Shown here one piece after another: positions 61,861 to 64,000 of a DNA stretch of 64,000 bases (position 1 is its first letter; every line of letters begins with the position of its first letter). The DNA is taken from the NCBI RefSeq assembly GCF_009914755.1, contig NC_060941.1, one strand, 5' to 3'. This DNA is from the human T2T-CHM13v2.0 reference genome, Homo sapiens. The notes under the pieces are model-generated. The model ran no database searches. It was not told the origin of the DNA and was given only the letters and a program-made list of their open reading frames with translations. The position numbers and the translations under genes were made by a program.

Positions 61861-63249
61861 CATGAGGTTTTTATAAATTATATGTGCTACGCATTTGCTA
61901 ATTTAGACAATGTAGTGTGCTGTTTATAAAAGTTGGCAGCATTTGAGAAGTTAATCTTGACTCTGTCTCATGTCCAGCCAGGGCTGTTAGACTGTCCCAG
62001 AGAAGGTGATGATCACTGACAATAACGTGTTGATAAATCTTTGAAGCCTTTCAATTAAGAAAGTCCTCTGGAATGTAAACATAGATGTTATACCTGTCAC
62101 AAAAACTAACTTAAAATAGATCATACACATAAATGTAAAATGCATAACTTATAAGACTTCTAGAAGATAACATAGGAGAAATCTAGTGACCTTGAGTTTG
62201 GCCATGAGTTTTAGATACAACTCAAATAGCATGGAGGAAAAACATTGATAAAATTGACTTTAAACTTGTGTTCTGGGAAAGACACAGTAAAGGGAGTTAA
62301 AAGGTAAGTCACAAACTGGGAAAAAATCTTTGCAAAACACATATCTGATAAAGGACTTGTACCCAAAATATACAAAAAACACTTACAATTCAACAATAAG
62401 AAAGTGAACAACCCAATTAAAAAGGGAGCAAAAGATCTGAACAGACACCTCAATAAAGAAAATGTAGAGACAGCAAATAAACACTAAAAAGACGCTCATC
62501 ATTTGTCTTTAGGGAATTGCAGGTTAAAACAATGAGATACCATTAAAGTCTGTTAGAATGGCTAAATTTAAAAACTGAAAAACTGGTGAGGATGAAAAAC
62601 AAAAGAAACTCTCATCTTTGCTGGTGGAAATGCAAAATGATATAGCCACTTTGGAAAAGAGTTTGGCAGTGGCTTACAAGAAAGATAAACATATTCTTAC
62701 CATATGATCTAGCAATTAATCGCATTTCTAGGTGCAATAGACATACCCAGTTGAGTTGTAAACTTACGTCCACACAGAAACCTGCAAAGGAATGTTTACA
62801 GCAGCTTTATTCATAACTGCCCCCAAACTGGATGCAACAGATTGTCCCTTGATAGGCGAATGGATAACCAAACTATTGTGATACATTCATACAATGGAAT
62901 GTTATTAAGCGATCAAAAGAAAGGAGATATTAAACCAGGAAAAGACATGGAGAAAATATAGATGCATATTATTAAGTAATTGAAAAACCTATATACTGTA
63001 ACAATTCCAATTATATAACATTCTGGAGGAGGAAAATTATGGTGGCAGTAAAAAGATCAGTGGTTGTCGGGTTGTGGACAGTAGTGAGGGAGGGATGAAT
63101 AGGTGAAGCAGAGTGGTATTTTAGGTGGTGAAACTATTCTGTACGCACTGTAATGGTGGGTACATGACATTATGCATTTGTTAAAGTCTGTAGAACTTTA
63201 CAGCACAAAAAGTTAACCTCAGTGTGTACAAATTTAACAATAGCTTTCA

Positions 63250-63392
63250 CAGGTAGGCATGGTGGCTTCTGCCTGTAATCCCAGCTACTTGGGAGGCTGA
63301 GGTAAGAAGATCACTGGAGGCCAAGAGTTCAAGTCCAGCTTGGGACTTGAGTTCAAGTCCAGCAACATGGCAAGACCTTGTCTCTAAAAAAA
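63250..63392 (+). mobile_element. FLAM / Alu monomer
   Basis: Single degenerate monomer with a short internal duplication and A tail. Confidence 0.8.
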
Positions 63393-63658
63393 AAAATTTT
63401 TTTAAGGAAAAAATAATATAATTCAGGAGGCCACGGGATTTGGGAAAGAAAGCAGACTGTGACAAGAGCATCTAACTGTATTACAAATATATGAAACAAC
63501 CTCACCGAAGGGATGGGGAGAAAAGTGCTACCCTAACTTTGAAAATGACTGGAGTCTGTAAAACTAAAGGCCAAAGGAACTGTACAAGAGTACTTACTCA
63601 AGTTGATAAAGTTTTTCTGCATGGGTTTATAGGTTAATAAATGCATTGTTGCTATACT

Positions 63659-63818
63659 TGTATACTAACATTGAACAATAAGAAAATAGATAGCAGATAG
63701 TGGGAGCCAGGTTTCTCACTGTTGGAGTGGAAATTTTATGTACACTAACATTGACCAAGAAGAAAATAGATAGCAGATAGTGGGAGCCAGGTTTTTCACT
63801 GTTGGAGTGAAAATTTTA
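63659..63818 (+). repeat. 80-bp tandem duplication (2 copies)
   Basis: 63659-63738 versus 63739-63818, 75/80 identical. Confidence 0.93.
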
Positions 63819-64000
63819 CAAATCAACAAGGGAGGAAGCTAGAATGACCCATGTGGTAATGGATTAACGTTGAGGATACTAGAACAGCTCATATATAGTT
63901 AGATAGTTGCTTGTGGAAATTTTTATAGATGGGTATGTGCACAAGTTAGTATACATACTATAAAGTTTAGAAGTTTACAACACCACCACCACTTCTGACT

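Larger units (their letters stand above)
62085..63960 (+). mobile_element. L1MC/MD-type ORF2 end and 3' UTR
   Basis: CTAGAAGATAACATAGGAGAAA, CATATCTGATAAAGGACTTGTA, GCAGCTTTATTCATAA, GGTGAAACTATTCTGTA. Confidence 0.85.

Noticed and set aside
62005-62090. Possible C/D box snoRNA (GTGATGA followed by CTGA)
   Set aside because: CTGA is only a few nt from the C box, there is no terminal D box at 60-100 nt, and no terminal stem.

Overview
Primate, most likely human, genomic DNA: an AT-rich, extremely repeat-dense non-coding interval, probably inside one long intron. No protein-coding exon can be supported. Nearly all ORFs in the track are read-throughs of Alu or decayed L1 sequence. By eye there are roughly 75-80 Alu pieces (about a third of the window, about 57 on the minus strand and about 20 on plus). 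There are also many old L1 fragments (mostly minus), L2, L3/CR1, MIR, two MaLR solo LTRs (MLT1-like, MST-like), DNA-transposon fossils (MER44, MER20, MER33, MER58A inside MER91), a U6 snRNA retropseudogene and several microsatellites. The T-rich plus strand and antisense L1 bias suggest a host transcript running on the + strand (inference; gene not identified). I found no convincing new multi-component biological system. The most notable unexplained structures are: a 74-bp-arm palindrome split by an Alu (39.9-40.5 kb); a near-perfect 20-bp-stem hairpin abutting a splice acceptor (13.77 kb); a candidate 27-nt poison micro-exon with stops in all frames (11.5 kb); a very young AluYg6-like insertion nested in two older Alus; repeated retrotransposition into the same target sites; and a MEF2/E-box/RFX motif cluster. 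Repeat boundaries and subfamily calls come from remembered consensus sequences and are approximate.
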